64,000 nucleotides of DNA, taken from the NCBI GenBank assembly GCA_963511305.1, contig CAUPIJ010000002.1:40034-104033 (forward strand), read 5' to 3'. The stretch is from an uncultured Propionimicrobium sp. (lineage in GTDB: Bacteria; Actinomycetota; Actinomycetes; Propionibacteriales; Propionibacteriaceae). Below the pieces are notes generated by a model. The model was given only the letters and a program-made list of their open reading frames with translations. It was not told where the DNA came from and ran no database searches. The position numbers and the translations under genes were made by a program. Shown one piece after another: positions 18,771 to 27,786 of this stretch (position 1 is the first letter of the stretch; every line of letters starts with the position of its first letter).

Positions 18771-19736
18771 ATGTCAACGCCTTGGTGCATCATTGAACTT
18801 ATGCGTTCCGGTTCTAAATCTTTGGCTGCCGACGGCACTCAACTTAGGATGCTGCACCTGCATGCCCACCCCGACGATGAATCAAGCAAGGGCGCCGCCA
18901 CCACGGCGAAATACGTAGCCGAAGGCGCGCGCGTGATGATTGCCACCTTCACCGGCGGCGAGCGCGGTTCGGTGTTGAACGAGGCGATGGATCGACCCGA
19001 GGTCTGGGCGAATATCACCGAGATCCGCAAGCAGGAGATGGCTTTGGCGCAGAAGATTCTGGGTGCAGAGCATGTCGAGCTGGGTTTCGAGGACTCCGGG
19101 CTGCCCGAGGGCGACCCGATGCCGCCGCTGCCGGAGGACTCATTTGCTACGTATGATCCCGAGGACGCCGCGCACGGCCTGGTGAAGCTGCTTCGCGAGT
19201 TCCGTCCGCACGTCGTCACCACCTACGACGAGGCCGGCGGCTACCCGCACCCCGATCACATCCAGTGCCACCGGGTCAGCGTCGCCGCGCTCAAGCTGGC
19301 CGCAGACAAGAACTATGCGCCAGAGCTCGGCCCCGTCTGGAAGACCCCGAAGATCTACTATCAGATGGGCATGCATCGGGCTAAGTACGCCGCGCTGAGC
19401 GAGGCGATGGAGGCCAAAGGCATGGAATCGCCGTACGCCCACCGCCTAGCCGACTGGCAGGATTACAACTACGAGCACCGAATCACGACTAGGGTGCGCT
19501 GCGAGCAGTACTTTCCGGTGCGTGACAACGCGCTTCGGGCGCACGCCACCCAGGTAGACCCGCACGGGGCCTGGTTCGCGGTGCCGCGCGAGCTGGAGAA
19601 GCAGGTTTGGCCGACCGAGGACTGGCAGCTGGTCTACAGTTCCGTGCCCACCAAGATCCCGGAAAACGATCTTTTCGAGGGCCTTCGTCCCGAGGGCGAA
19701 GACCTGGCCGAGCCTCGGTCAGAATGGATTGTCTGA
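18771..19736 (+). CDS. mca: PIG-L family deacetylase, mycothiol-conjugate-amidase (Mca)-like
   Basis: LRMLHLHAHPDDESSKGAATTAKY..EGARVMIATFTGGERG closely parallels the N-terminus of mycobacterial Mca. The greA-adjacent position is as in mycobacteria. The start is uncertain (18771, 18801 or 18849). Confidence 0.78.
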   Translation: MSTPWCIIELMRSGSKSLAADGTQLRMLHLHAHPDDESSKGAATTAKYVAEGARVMIATFTGGERGSVLNEAMDRPEVWANITEIRKQEMALAQKILGAEHVELGFEDSGLPEGDPMPPLPEDSFATYDPEDAAHGLVKLLREFRPHVVTTYDEAGGYPHPDHIQCHRVSVAALKLAADKNYAPELGPVWKTPKIYYQMGMHRAKYAALSEAMEAKGMESPYAHRLADWQDYNYEHRITTRVRCEQYFPVRDNALRAHATQVDPHGAWFAVPRELEKQVWPTEDWQLVYSSVPTKIPENDLFEGLRPEGEDLAEPRSEWIV

Positions 19737-19925
19737 TTGCACGCCCGATTTGGGTTATCGGCCGCGCTCGTCGTAAGATGTCTAGTCGGCTCGTGAGTTT
19801 ACTGTGTCCAATTTCGGACGCTTAGGCTCGCGGGGACGGAAAGACGAAAACGGCTTCAAAAGGAGTCGTCCGATCAAACCAGAGCTTGCCTTTCGTCAAG
19901 GTTCGCTTGGGAAAATGAGAGGGTA

Positions 19926-20147
19926 ATGGCCAAGAAAGAAGGAGCGCTAGAGCTCGAAGGCGTCGTGACCGAGGCTCTGCCCAACGCGATGTTCCGCGTT
20001 GAGCTGGACAACGGCCACAAGGTGCTAGCAACCATCAGCGGCAAGATGCGTCAACATTACATTCGCATTCTGCCGCAGGATCGCGTCGTGGTTGAGCTTT
20101 CTCCTTACGATCTGAACCGCGGTCGTATCGTTTATCGTCACAAGTAG
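19926..20147 (+). CDS. infA: Translation initiation factor IF-1
   Basis: 73 aa: [42 protein letters not shown]... Confidence 0.96.
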   Translation: MAKKEGALELEGVVTEALPNAMFRVELDNGHKVLATISGKMRQHYIRILPQDRVVVELSPYDLNRGRIVYRHK

Positions 20148-20225
20148 TCGCAACGCTCTTCCGCCTGCCTAGTGCGGGCTGAGGGAATGCGACGCGTAAA
20201 AACAAGCAAAGAGGAGCAGCTCGAA

Positions 20226-20339
20226 ATGAAGGTTCAGCCGAGCGTGAAGCCGATCTGCGACAACTGCAAGGTGATTCGTCGCCGTGGTGTTGTTCGCGTG
20301 ATCTGCACGAATCCGCGCCACAAACAGCGCCAGGGCTAA
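20226..20339 (+). CDS. rpmJ: 50S ribosomal protein L36
   Basis: Not in the ORF track because it is under 60 aa. My own translation gives [37 protein letters not shown] (37 aa), which is canonical L36. Confidence 0.93.
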   Translation: MKVQPSVKPICDNCKVIRRRGVVRVICTNPRHKQRQG

Positions 20340-20608
20340 ACGTTGATGCCCGACCGGGCCGTCAACAGCTCCTGGCGAGGTCGACAACTGAATATTTCAA
20401 AAACGTGAGAGCAAGGCCGTTACGCAATCTCTAATAGAACTGCGTTGAATGGTCGAACCCCCGGACGAAGGCCGGGGCCCGCTGAAAAGGTTATAGACCC
20501 CTTAACGGGTGAAATTTCTTGGACGGCGTACGGGAACGCCTCACGCCAACACCTTCGCGAAGCGGGGATGCAAACCCGCTTCAGTAAACACTGAAAGGTA
20601 ACCGCCAC

Positions 20609-20986
20609 ATGGCACGCCTCCAAGGAGTCGATCTGCCGCGCGAGAAGCGCATCGAGATCGCACTCACCTACATTTACGGCATCGGCAAGACCCGTGCCGC
20701 TGAAACCCTGGCAGCTACAGGCATTAACCCAGACACTCACGTGAAAGATCTCACTGAGGAAAATCTGGTTGCACTACGTGATCACATCGACGAGAACTAC
20801 TCCGTCGAGGGTGACCTGCGTCGTGAGGTAGCGGCTGACATTCGCCGCAAGATCGAGATCGGCACCTATCAGGGTCGTCGTCACCGCAGCGGCCTGCCCG
20901 TTCGCGGTCAGCGCACTCGCACCAACGCACGCACTCGTAAGGGCCGTAAGAAGGCCGTCGCCGGTAAGAAGAAGGCCACGCGTTAA
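20609..20986 (+). CDS. rpsM: 30S ribosomal protein S13
   Basis: 125 aa: [26 protein letters not shown]... Confidence 0.96.
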   Translation: MARLQGVDLPREKRIEIALTYIYGIGKTRAAETLAATGINPDTHVKDLTEENLVALRDHIDENYSVEGDLRREVAADIRRKIEIGTYQGRRHRSGLPVRGQRTRTNARTRKGRKKAVAGKKKATR

Positions 20987-21021
20987 TCGCGGCTAACTAA
21001 CAACTGCCAAGGAGAATATTT

Positions 21022-21423
21022 ATGGCTACAAGCCACAAGGGCGGCAAAGTTAAGCCGCGCCGCAAGTCTCGCAAGAATGTGGTTGCCGGAGCGGCCCACA
21101 TCAAGTCGACTTTCAATAACACAATCATTTCGATCACCGATCCGGCCGGCCAGGTTATTTCCTGGGCGTCCGCAGGCACCGTCGGCTTCAAGGGCTCGCG
21201 CAAGTCGACCCCGTTCGCCGCACAGATGGCAGCCGAGGCCGCTGGTCGTCGCGCCATGGAGCATGGCCTGAAGCGCGTTGACGTCTTCGTCAAGGGCCCG
21301 GGCTCCGGTCGCGAAACCGCCATTCGTTCGCTGGGCGCCATCGGCCTCGAGGTCGGTGCTATCCAGGACGTCACCCCGATGCCGCACAACGGCTGCCGTC
21401 CGCCAAAGCGTCGTCGCGTCTAA
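21022..21423 (+). CDS. rpsK: 30S ribosomal protein S11
   Basis: 133 aa: ...[42 protein letters not shown]... Confidence 0.96.
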   Translation: MATSHKGGKVKPRRKSRKNVVAGAAHIKSTFNNTIISITDPAGQVISWASAGTVGFKGSRKSTPFAAQMAAEAAGRRAMEHGLKRVDVFVKGPGSGRETAIRSLGAIGLEVGAIQDVTPMPHNGCRPPKRRRV

Positions 21424-21449
21424 CCCGAAACCGAAAGGACTGATACATC

Positions 21450-22055
21450 ATGGCCCGTTATACAGGCCCAATCACCAAGAAGTCCCGCCGTCTCGGGACA
21501 GACCTAGTTGGCAACGACAAATCGTTCGAGCGTCGCCCCTACCCGCCGGGCCAGCACGGCCGCGGCCGCGTTAAGAACTCCGAATACTCGATGCAGTTGA
21601 AGGAGAAGCAGAAGGCGCGTTACGCATATGGCGTTCTCGAGAAGCAGTTCCGCAGCTATTACAAGGAAGCCTCTCGCCGCCAGGGCAAGACCGGTGACCT
21701 GCTGCTGCAGATCCTCGAGTCTCGTCTCGACAACGTGATCTACCGCGCTGGGTTCGCCTCGACCCGTCGTCAGGCCCGCCAGCTCGTTAGCCACGGTCAC
21801 TTCCAGGTCAACGGTGTTCGTGTGGACATTCCTAGCTACCGCGTCACCCCGTACGACATCATCGACGTGATGCCGAAATCGGCCAACATCACGCCGCTGG
21901 TCGTCGCCCGCGAGACCTGGGGCGAGCGTGACGTTCCGGCCTGGCTGACTGTGCGCCCGAATAAGATGCGCATCTTCGTTCACCAGTTGCCGACCCGCGA
22001 TCAGATCGTCATCGACGTCAACGAGCAGAACATCGTCGAGCTCTACTCGCGTTAA
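21450..22055 (+). CDS. rpsD: 30S ribosomal protein S4
   Basis: 201 aa: MARYTGPITKKSRRLGTDL...LESRLDNVIYRAGFA.TRRQARQLVSHGHF.VNG. Confidence 0.96.
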   Translation: MARYTGPITKKSRRLGTDLVGNDKSFERRPYPPGQHGRGRVKNSEYSMQLKEKQKARYAYGVLEKQFRSYYKEASRRQGKTGDLLLQILESRLDNVIYRAGFASTRRQARQLVSHGHFQVNGVRVDIPSYRVTPYDIIDVMPKSANITPLVVARETWGERDVPAWLTVRPNKMRIFVHQLPTRDQIVIDVNEQNIVELYSR

Positions 22056-22066
22056 TCAGCAAAATA

Positions 22067-22095
22067 CCCGTGGCCGGGGTGGTCCCGGCCGCGGG
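22067..22095 (+). terminator. GC-rich hairpin between rpsD and rpoA (possible attenuator or processing site)
   Basis: 12-bp stem cccgtggccggg / cccggccgcggg with one G-U pair. There is no clear T-tract, so it is probably not a full terminator. Confidence 0.35.
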
Positions 22096-22198
22096 TGCTC
22101 TAACTAGCAGTTAGGTGCTCTAACAGAGCGCCTATGTGCTCTTTATAGGGCGAACCAATCGCGTCATCAGATGAAGGTTGACGCGGGAAGGAAAATCA

Positions 22199-23239
22199 AT
22201 GCTTATTGCTCAGCGTCCGACTCTGTCGGAGGAGTACATTAGCGACAGCCGCAGCCGCTTCGTTATCGAGCCGCTGGAGCCTGGGTTCGGCTACACCCTG
22301 GGTAACTCGCTTCGTCGCACGCTGCTTTCGTCGATCCCCGGCGCGGCAGTCACCAGTATCAAGATTGCTGATGCGCAGCATGAATTCGCGACGCTCCCGG
22401 GCGTTCTCGAGGACGTCACCGAGATCATTCTGAACCTCAAGCAGCTGGTTCTGACTAGCGAAGAGGACGAGCCCGTTGCTATGTACCTGCGTAAGTCGGG
22501 TGCCGGCAACGTGACCGCAGCGGACATCTCTGCGCCCGCCGGCGTCGAGATCCTGAACCCGGAACTGCACATCGCAGAACTTAACGAGCAGGGTTCGATC
22601 GACATGGAGCTGATCGTGGAGCGTGGCCGTGGCTACGTCTCTGCAGCCCAGAACAACGACCCGGATGCCGAGATCGGCCGCATCGCGGTCGACTCGATCT
22701 ACTCGCCAGTCAACAAGGTCAGCTACAAGGTTGAGGCCACTCGTGTTGAGCAGCGCACCGACTTCGATCGTCTGATCATCGACGTCGAGACCCGTCCGGC
22801 CATCAGCCCGCGCGACGCCCTGGCTTCTGCCGGCAGCACCCTGGTCGAGCTCTTTGGCCTGGCTCGCGACTTGAACGTGAACGCTGAGGGCATTGAGATC
22901 GGTCCTGGCCCGGTCGATGAACAACTGGCTAGCGATCTCGCCCAGCCGGTTGAGGACCTCGATCTTTCCGTTCGCTCCTACAACTGCCTGAAGCGCGAGG
23001 GTATTGAGACCGTCGGCGAACTGGTCAGCCGTTCCGAGCAGGATCTGCTGGACATTCGCAACTTCGGCACCAAGTCCATCGACGAGGTCAAGCAGAAGCT
23101 TGCCGAGATGGGCCTTTCGCTGAAGGACAGCGCTCCTGGCTTTGATCCGCTGGCAGCTGCCGACGAGTTCGGCGATCTTGCCGACGACGAAGAGTCTGAG
23201 GAGCTCGGCGATGACTTCGCCGAGACCGAGCAGTACTGA
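22199..23239 (+). CDS. rpoA: DNA-directed RNA polymerase subunit alpha
   Basis: ATG at 22199 with GGAAGG upstream. The 346-aa product MLIAQRPTL....[38 protein letters not shown] is canonical. Confidence 0.96.
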   Translation: MLIAQRPTLSEEYISDSRSRFVIEPLEPGFGYTLGNSLRRTLLSSIPGAAVTSIKIADAQHEFATLPGVLEDVTEIILNLKQLVLTSEEDEPVAMYLRKSGAGNVTAADISAPAGVEILNPELHIAELNEQGSIDMELIVERGRGYVSAAQNNDPDAEIGRIAVDSIYSPVNKVSYKVEATRVEQRTDFDRLIIDVETRPAISPRDALASAGSTLVELFGLARDLNVNAEGIEIGPGPVDEQLASDLAQPVEDLDLSVRSYNCLKREGIETVGELVSRSEQDLLDIRNFGTKSIDEVKQKLAEMGLSLKDSAPGFDPLAAADEFGDLADDEESEELGDDFAETEQY

Positions 23240-23290
23240 TGCCTGAGCAGCTTGCCTGCTGCATAATTTTAAGAAATTTGGAGAACTAAA

Positions 23291-23773
23291 ATGCCTAAGC
23301 CAACTAAGGGCCCCCGCATTGGTGGCTCGCCTGCCCACCAGCGCATCATCTTGGCTAACCTTGCCTCTCAGCTTTTCGAGCACGGCAAGATCAAGACCAC
23401 CGAAAACCGTGCTCGTCGCGTTCAGCCTCTGGCTGAGCGTCTGATCAGTCAGGCCAAGCGCGGCGATCTGCACTCTCGTCGCATCGTGAACCGCACGATC
23501 ACCGACAAGGGCATCGTGCACGTTCTGTTCACCGATATCGCCCCGAGCTTTGAGGGTCGCGACGGCGGTTACACCCGCATCACCAAGGTCGGAAACCGCA
23601 AGGGCGACAACGCTCCGATGGCCGTCATCGAGATCGTCACCGAGAAACTGACCCCGAAGGCTAAGCCCGCCAAGGCCGAGGAGCCGAAGGTCGAGGAAGC
23701 GAAAGCTGAAGAGGCCAAGACTGAGGAAAAGGTCGAAGAAGCCAAGGCTGAAGAAGCCGAAGCAGACAATTAA
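23291..23773 (+). CDS. rplQ: 50S ribosomal protein L17
   Basis: 160 aa: [38 protein letters not shown]..., with a low-complexity K/A/E C-terminal tail. Confidence 0.95.
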   Translation: MPKPTKGPRIGGSPAHQRIILANLASQLFEHGKIKTTENRARRVQPLAERLISQAKRGDLHSRRIVNRTITDKGIVHVLFTDIAPSFEGRDGGYTRITKVGNRKGDNAPMAVIEIVTEKLTPKAKPAKAEEPKVEEAKAEEAKTEEKVEEAKAEEAEADN

Positions 23774-23786
23774 GTCGAGCTGCATA

Positions 23787-23829
23787 GGCCCGGGACGTCG
23801 CATGGCACCCGGGCCTTGTACATTTTTTC
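23787..23829 (+). terminator. Rho-independent terminator after rplQ
   Basis: Stem ggcccggg / cccgggcc followed by ttgtacatttttt. Confidence 0.6.
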
Positions 23830-23839
23830 AGGAGCGTCG

Positions 23840-24937
23840 ATGTTGCGGATAGCCCAGCTGGCTAATCTGGTTAGCCCCACGTCCGGGGGCATGAAGATCG
23901 CCATCGACCAGCTCGGAGCGGGCTATCTCGCCGCTGGCCACGAGCGTCTTTTGATCATTCCGGGTGCCAAAAACCGAGAGATCGAGACCGAAAGCGGGCT
24001 GCTGGTAACGATCGCCTCCCCGAAGATCTCTTCGGTCTATCGGCTCATCGTTCGTCCTGACAAAATGTTCGACGTGTTGAACCGTTATCGTCCGACGAAC
24101 GTCGAATGCTCTGATAAATGGACTATGACTGGTTCGGCCGGTTGGGCAAGAAAGAATAATGCGGGTTGCGTGCTTTTCAGCCACGAACGGCTCGAAGACA
24201 TGGCTGCCGACTTTCTTGGCTTCAAGTTTGGTGTCGCCGCCGCGGCACGAAGCCTGCATAAGCGGTTAGCCCGGAAATTCGACGCGGTCGTGGTGACCAG
24301 TGAGTACGCCAGAGCTGGCTTCGAGGGAATCGACGGCGACATCCGGCAGGTTCCTCTTGGCGTAGACCTTCGAACGTTTTCGCCACAAGCTGCTCCGGAT
24401 TCTGGCGGCCTTTTGCGTCTCATCTACGCGGGGCGAATGTCGCACGAGAAGTATCCCCACCTGGCCATCGGAGCCGCCGTGGAGCTAAACAGGCGCGGTT
24501 TTCCATTCGAGCTGCACGTCTACGGAAAGGGCCCAGACTTGGCAAAAATGCAGCGTCTGGCGGGGGACGCCCCAGTCTTCTTTCACGGTTTCCTGGCCGA
24601 TCGAAACCAGCTTGCCGCTAGGTACTCCGAAAGCCATATCGCCCTTTCCGTGTGCCCGACGGAGACGTTCGGGCTCGCCGTCCTTGAGGCCCTGGCGTGT
24701 GGCACTCCGGTAGTCACGGCAGACCGTGGGGGAGCAAGCGAACTTATCGATGAGAATTGTGGCCAATCGGGCACGCCGACGCCGCAGGGCATAGCAGACG
24801 CATTAGAGGCCCTAGCGGGCAGGCTGACTCCAGAGTTGCGCAGTAACGCCAGGGCGCGCGCACAAGAATACAGCTGGGATCGCAGTGCCGGCGAGATGCT
24901 TAAGATTCACCAAGAGCTGGCGCAAAGAAAAAGGTAG
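23840..24937 (+). CDS. Glycosyltransferase family 4
   Basis: ATG at 23840 with AGGAG upstream; 365 aa. Shows the C-terminal GT-B signature ...PTETFGLAVLEALACGTPVV. GC content looks intermediate between backbone and island. Confidence 0.8.
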   Translation: MLRIAQLANLVSPTSGGMKIAIDQLGAGYLAAGHERLLIIPGAKNREIETESGLLVTIASPKISSVYRLIVRPDKMFDVLNRYRPTNVECSDKWTMTGSAGWARKNNAGCVLFSHERLEDMAADFLGFKFGVAAAARSLHKRLARKFDAVVVTSEYARAGFEGIDGDIRQVPLGVDLRTFSPQAAPDSGGLLRLIYAGRMSHEKYPHLAIGAAVELNRRGFPFELHVYGKGPDLAKMQRLAGDAPVFFHGFLADRNQLAARYSESHIALSVCPTETFGLAVLEALACGTPVVTADRGGASELIDENCGQSGTPTPQGIADALEALAGRLTPELRSNARARAQEYSWDRSAGEMLKIHQELAQRKR

Positions 24938-25204
24938 CTAGAAAAGAAGCTCTCGTTAGTGCTTCAAACCGTCGAAAATTGGTACCGTAAACATTTTCTT
25001 TAAAGAACTTCTGACCTCGCATCTTCTCATGTAGAAAGATCAAGTCACCGATGGCTACGAAGAAAACCTCTAAAGCGAAAACAACTAGCGAGTAAAACTT
25101 AGGGATCATCGTAAGCAGGTAGGTTATACCGACAAGTGTCGGTATCCGGTCAAGGTCTTACCTGGTTACGATTGAGTCATTTCATACGTAAACCCTTGGG
25201 GGAA

Positions 25205-25405
25205 ATGATGTTTAAAATACCAGCTGTGCTGCTTGTCTTCGCCTACGCTGCCTTGCCTTGTCTTGGCCATATAAATGACGCTCAAGAAGCGTCTCTTTAT
25301 AATGATCTAGTTATATCTTCGCCAATATCGTCTGATGCGGTTTTGAGCGCTAGATTTTCCTTTAAGTGTGTTATTTATCCTGCGCTTCCGGAATGTAGAA
25401 GATAA
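25205..25405 (+). CDS. Small secreted Cys-containing peptide (66-aa precursor), unknown function
   Basis: ATG at 25205 with a GGGGGAA purine tract upstream. Signal-like N-terminus MMFKIPAVLLVFAYAALPCLG. The C-terminus ...FSFKCVIYPALPECRR has two Cys 9 residues apart (8 between). Lies immediately upstream of the kinase gene. Confidence 0.45.
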   Translation: MMFKIPAVLLVFAYAALPCLGHINDAQEASLYNDLVISSPISSDAVLSARFSFKCVIYPALPECRR

Positions 25406-25426
25406 CGATGAAGATAGGTGTAAATT

Positions 25427-26572
25427 GTGGAGGTATCTAGGAAAATAGGATTTTCAAGATACTTATTTTCTGCATTTTCTACATTTTCTACAGGAAAGAT
25501 TGTCTTCGTTGCTCTAGCTGTAATAATGCTTTTAGCAGAAATAGGCTATAGCATAGGGCAAAGTTATAATTTGTCTCTTCTGTCCCTTTTAGCACTTGTA
25601 TTGTTTTCTGTGCTTCTAGCGGCATGCGCCATCTCACTTACTGTCTTTGGAGTGTTTTACGCATTTACTTTCGTTGCGGTTTATGTGAGTGGGTTAGGTG
25701 ATTTATTAGCGTTTCCGATTCTTGGTTTCTACCTTATCTGTGGGGCATGGATAGTTTCTTCGAAAATCACACAAGCGTTGGTCTGTCTAGCTGGTACTGA
25801 GATTGTATTAATTGTGGTCTCGCCTGTTCCTGTTTCTCAATTAATTAGTAGCATATTCGGTTCTGCTGCAACATTAACCTTAAGTTTTTTGTTTCGTTAT
25901 TGGATTCATAAAAATGAACAGATGGCATACACCGCTGCGCGAGCCAGGCAGCAGGCTAGACAAGCGAGTCTGGCAGTTAGAAGCGAGCTCGCCCGCCAAC
26001 TTCACGACACCACTGCAAAAGACTTGGCTAGGGTTTCGATATTGGCGCAACAATTACAAGCTAAGGGTAAGGCTACGCCTGAAGAACTTGGTGATTTGGC
26101 AAGGATCGCATCAACCGCAGCGCGTGGTATACGCCCGATGATACTTAACCTGAACGCAACAGTTGATCGAACAGATGTTGCAAAGGCAGTGGAGGCCGTG
26201 ACGAAAATGCTATCGACACGAGAAATTTGTTTATCATCGTCCGTGCCCGAAGGGCTGAACAATAAGCTATCGCGTCAGCAAGCCCTGGTGGCTAGCACAG
26301 TGGTTAGAGAAAGCGCAACCAATGTTTTGAAGTATGCCCCAGAGGGCTCACAGGCAAGCCTGGATATTGATACAGAAGGTAGCGAAATCACTATTTCGCT
26401 GAGTAACGAGATCGGCGAAAAGCCGGCGAGCGACATCACGGGCGGTTTCGGGCTGGTTAATCTTGAAAGGCAGCTAGACGAAGTGAAAGGTGAACTTTCC
26501 TACGGGGAAACTGGCTCAAGATGGATCTTGTATGCAAGCATTCCTCTAACAAACGGAGACCAAGATGAGTGA
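25427..26572 (+). CDS. Sensor histidine kinase, HisKA_3/NarL-partner type, membrane-embedded sensor
   Basis: 381 aa with a GTG start. Has about 5 TM with only short loops, then the H-box ELARQLHDTTAKDLARV, the N-box ESATNVLKYA and the G-box GGFGLVNLERQL. Confidence 0.85.
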   Translation: MEVSRKIGFSRYLFSAFSTFSTGKIVFVALAVIMLLAEIGYSIGQSYNLSLLSLLALVLFSVLLAACAISLTVFGVFYAFTFVAVYVSGLGDLLAFPILGFYLICGAWIVSSKITQALVCLAGTEIVLIVVSPVPVSQLISSIFGSAATLTLSFLFRYWIHKNEQMAYTAARARQQARQASLAVRSELARQLHDTTAKDLARVSILAQQLQAKGKATPEELGDLARIASTAARGIRPMILNLNATVDRTDVAKAVEAVTKMLSTREICLSSSVPEGLNNKLSRQQALVASTVVRESATNVLKYAPEGSQASLDIDTEGSEITISLSNEIGEKPASDITGGFGLVNLERQLDEVKGELSYGETGSRWILYASIPLTNGDQDE

Positions 26573-27227
26573 AGAAATCCGGCTGTTGGTCGCAGACGAC
26601 GATGAAATAATCCGCTTGGGCCTGGCTTCATTGTTGGATTCCCGAGATGGTTTGAGAGTAGTTGCTGCCGTTGCAAATGGCGCAGAAGCTTTGAGAGTTC
26701 TTGAGCTCCAAAAGGTAGATGTTGCCTTGATAGATGTCGACATGCCAGGTATAGACGGCATCCAAGCCGCCAAGCGTATTGGCGAAAAATATCCGAATAT
26801 AGCGATCGTGATGTTAACCGCATTTGAGCATGAGGAATCTCTTGCAAAATCAATCTCGGCTGGGGTTAGGGGCTTCTTGACGAAGGACATTCCGGTTGAC
26901 GAACTCGCTATGTTAATCAAGAAAGCCCACAGCGGTCAGACGGTAATGGGGCCGAAACCAACCCAGATGCTTACGAGTGCTTATGCGAACGCGAATAGTA
27001 ATAAGGAAGCATATGCAGATTTCATTGATGCCTTGCACAGCTTGCCCGCCCACTTGTGCCCTACCTTCAAATTGCTATTACAAGCGAAAACGAATAAGGA
27101 GATAGCAAAACAGCTGCACTTGACACCCGCTACCGTCCGTTCTTATGTGTCAGACATTCTTAGTCATACGGGATGCTTGAGCAGAGGAAAACTAGCGATA
27201 GTTGCTATCAAAGCAGGTTTCGAATAA
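26565..27227 (+). CDS. Response regulator, LuxR/NarL family
   Basis: 220 aa. Receiver domain LLVADDDEIIR...DVALIDVDMPGIDG plus a C-terminal HTH ...TNKEIAKQLHLTPATVRSYVSDIL. Its start overlaps the kinase stop by 8 nt. Confidence 0.9.
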   Translation: MSEEIRLLVADDDEIIRLGLASLLDSRDGLRVVAAVANGAEALRVLELQKVDVALIDVDMPGIDGIQAAKRIGEKYPNIAIVMLTAFEHEESLAKSISAGVRGFLTKDIPVDELAMLIKKAHSGQTVMGPKPTQMLTSAYANANSNKEAYADFIDALHSLPAHLCPTFKLLLQAKTNKEIAKQLHLTPATVRSYVSDILSHTGCLSRGKLAIVAIKAGFE

Positions 27228-27368
27228 TAGTTAGGTTGTTCTTTTCTGGTCGATGTTAAACGAAGTTTTAGGTAGCCTTTATTCAGTTATCTGAGCAACC
27301 GAATTATTACGATCAAAATCACCGATACGTGACAGTGTCGAAAATGTGAGTCGAGCAATTAACTATTG

Positions 27369-27393
27369 GTAGGCAATGAAAGACAGTGCCTAC
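27369..27393. promoter_or_regulatory. Inverted repeat upstream of the bacteriocin gene (candidate operator)
   Basis: gtaggca-N11-tgcctac lies 64-88 nt upstream of ATG 27457, followed by tacgtaaac (27391-27399). The same 9-mer also occurs at 25185-25193, upstream of the small peptide gene. Confidence 0.3.
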
Positions 27394-27456
27394 GTAAACA
27401 TGTTGCGTTACCTTTTTGAGCGCTGGTCAAAGAAGATCGGCAAAGGAGGAGAAACG

Positions 27457-27753
27457 ATGAACAAAAAACTGAAGAAAGCTGTGGCGGTCGGAGTAATGTC
27501 GGTTTCACTGTTGGGAGTTGGAACAGCCGTCGCACATGCAGACACTGTTTACTACAAGGGAAGTGCGGTTTCTTGGGATCACGGACGATGGATGGCTGCC
27601 TGGAGCTATTCGAATGTTCAGTCAAGTAGCTATGAACATGTATCGACCGCAAACCAGACGTCTTCTGGCTGGCAGCAGCCAGGAGTAATGGCTAAAGCAA
27701 AGCAGTGGGTTGGAACAGGTCAAGCAACTGCCTACTGGAACTGCAGGGGCTAG
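27457..27753 (+). CDS. Lactococcin 972 family bacteriocin precursor (candidate)
   Basis: ATG at 27457 with AAGGAGGA upstream; 98 aa. Sec signal MNKKLKKAVAVGVMSVSLLGVGTAVAHA/DT. The mature part shows W.HG...SYSN....H.ST.......G.MAKA......A.YWN, which parallels Lcn972 (W.HG..SAYSNY..H.SATV...AGVWAKA...FYYN) as recalled from memory. The downstream gene pair is the one typical of this family. Confidence 0.68.
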   Translation: MNKKLKKAVAVGVMSVSLLGVGTAVAHADTVYYKGSAVSWDHGRWMAAWSYSNVQSSSYEHVSTANQTSSGWQQPGVMAKAKQWVGTGQATAYWNCRG

Positions 27754-27786
27754 GAAATAGAAAATTCATCGTCGCGGTGGTGCGAA

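Noticed and set aside
23569-23773. K/A/E-rich repeat tail of L17, the acidic/lysine tail of CarD and the N-terminal extension of S9 as possible novelties
   Set aside because: Low-complexity extensions on these ribosomal and transcription proteins are common in Actinomycetota and are not distinctive.
22196-23803. 535-aa minus-strand ORF spanning rpoA and rplQ
   Set aside because: It lies antisense to two unmistakable conserved genes. Its composition is Arg/Leu/Gly/Asp-rich low complexity, typical of antisense frames in GC3-rich DNA.
24900-25109. 69-aa minus-strand ORF at the left edge of the AT-rich island
   Set aside because: It has no SD, overlaps the 3' end of the GT4 gene by 38 nt, and has an implausible C-terminal half. 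It could be a small membrane peptide but the support is too weak.
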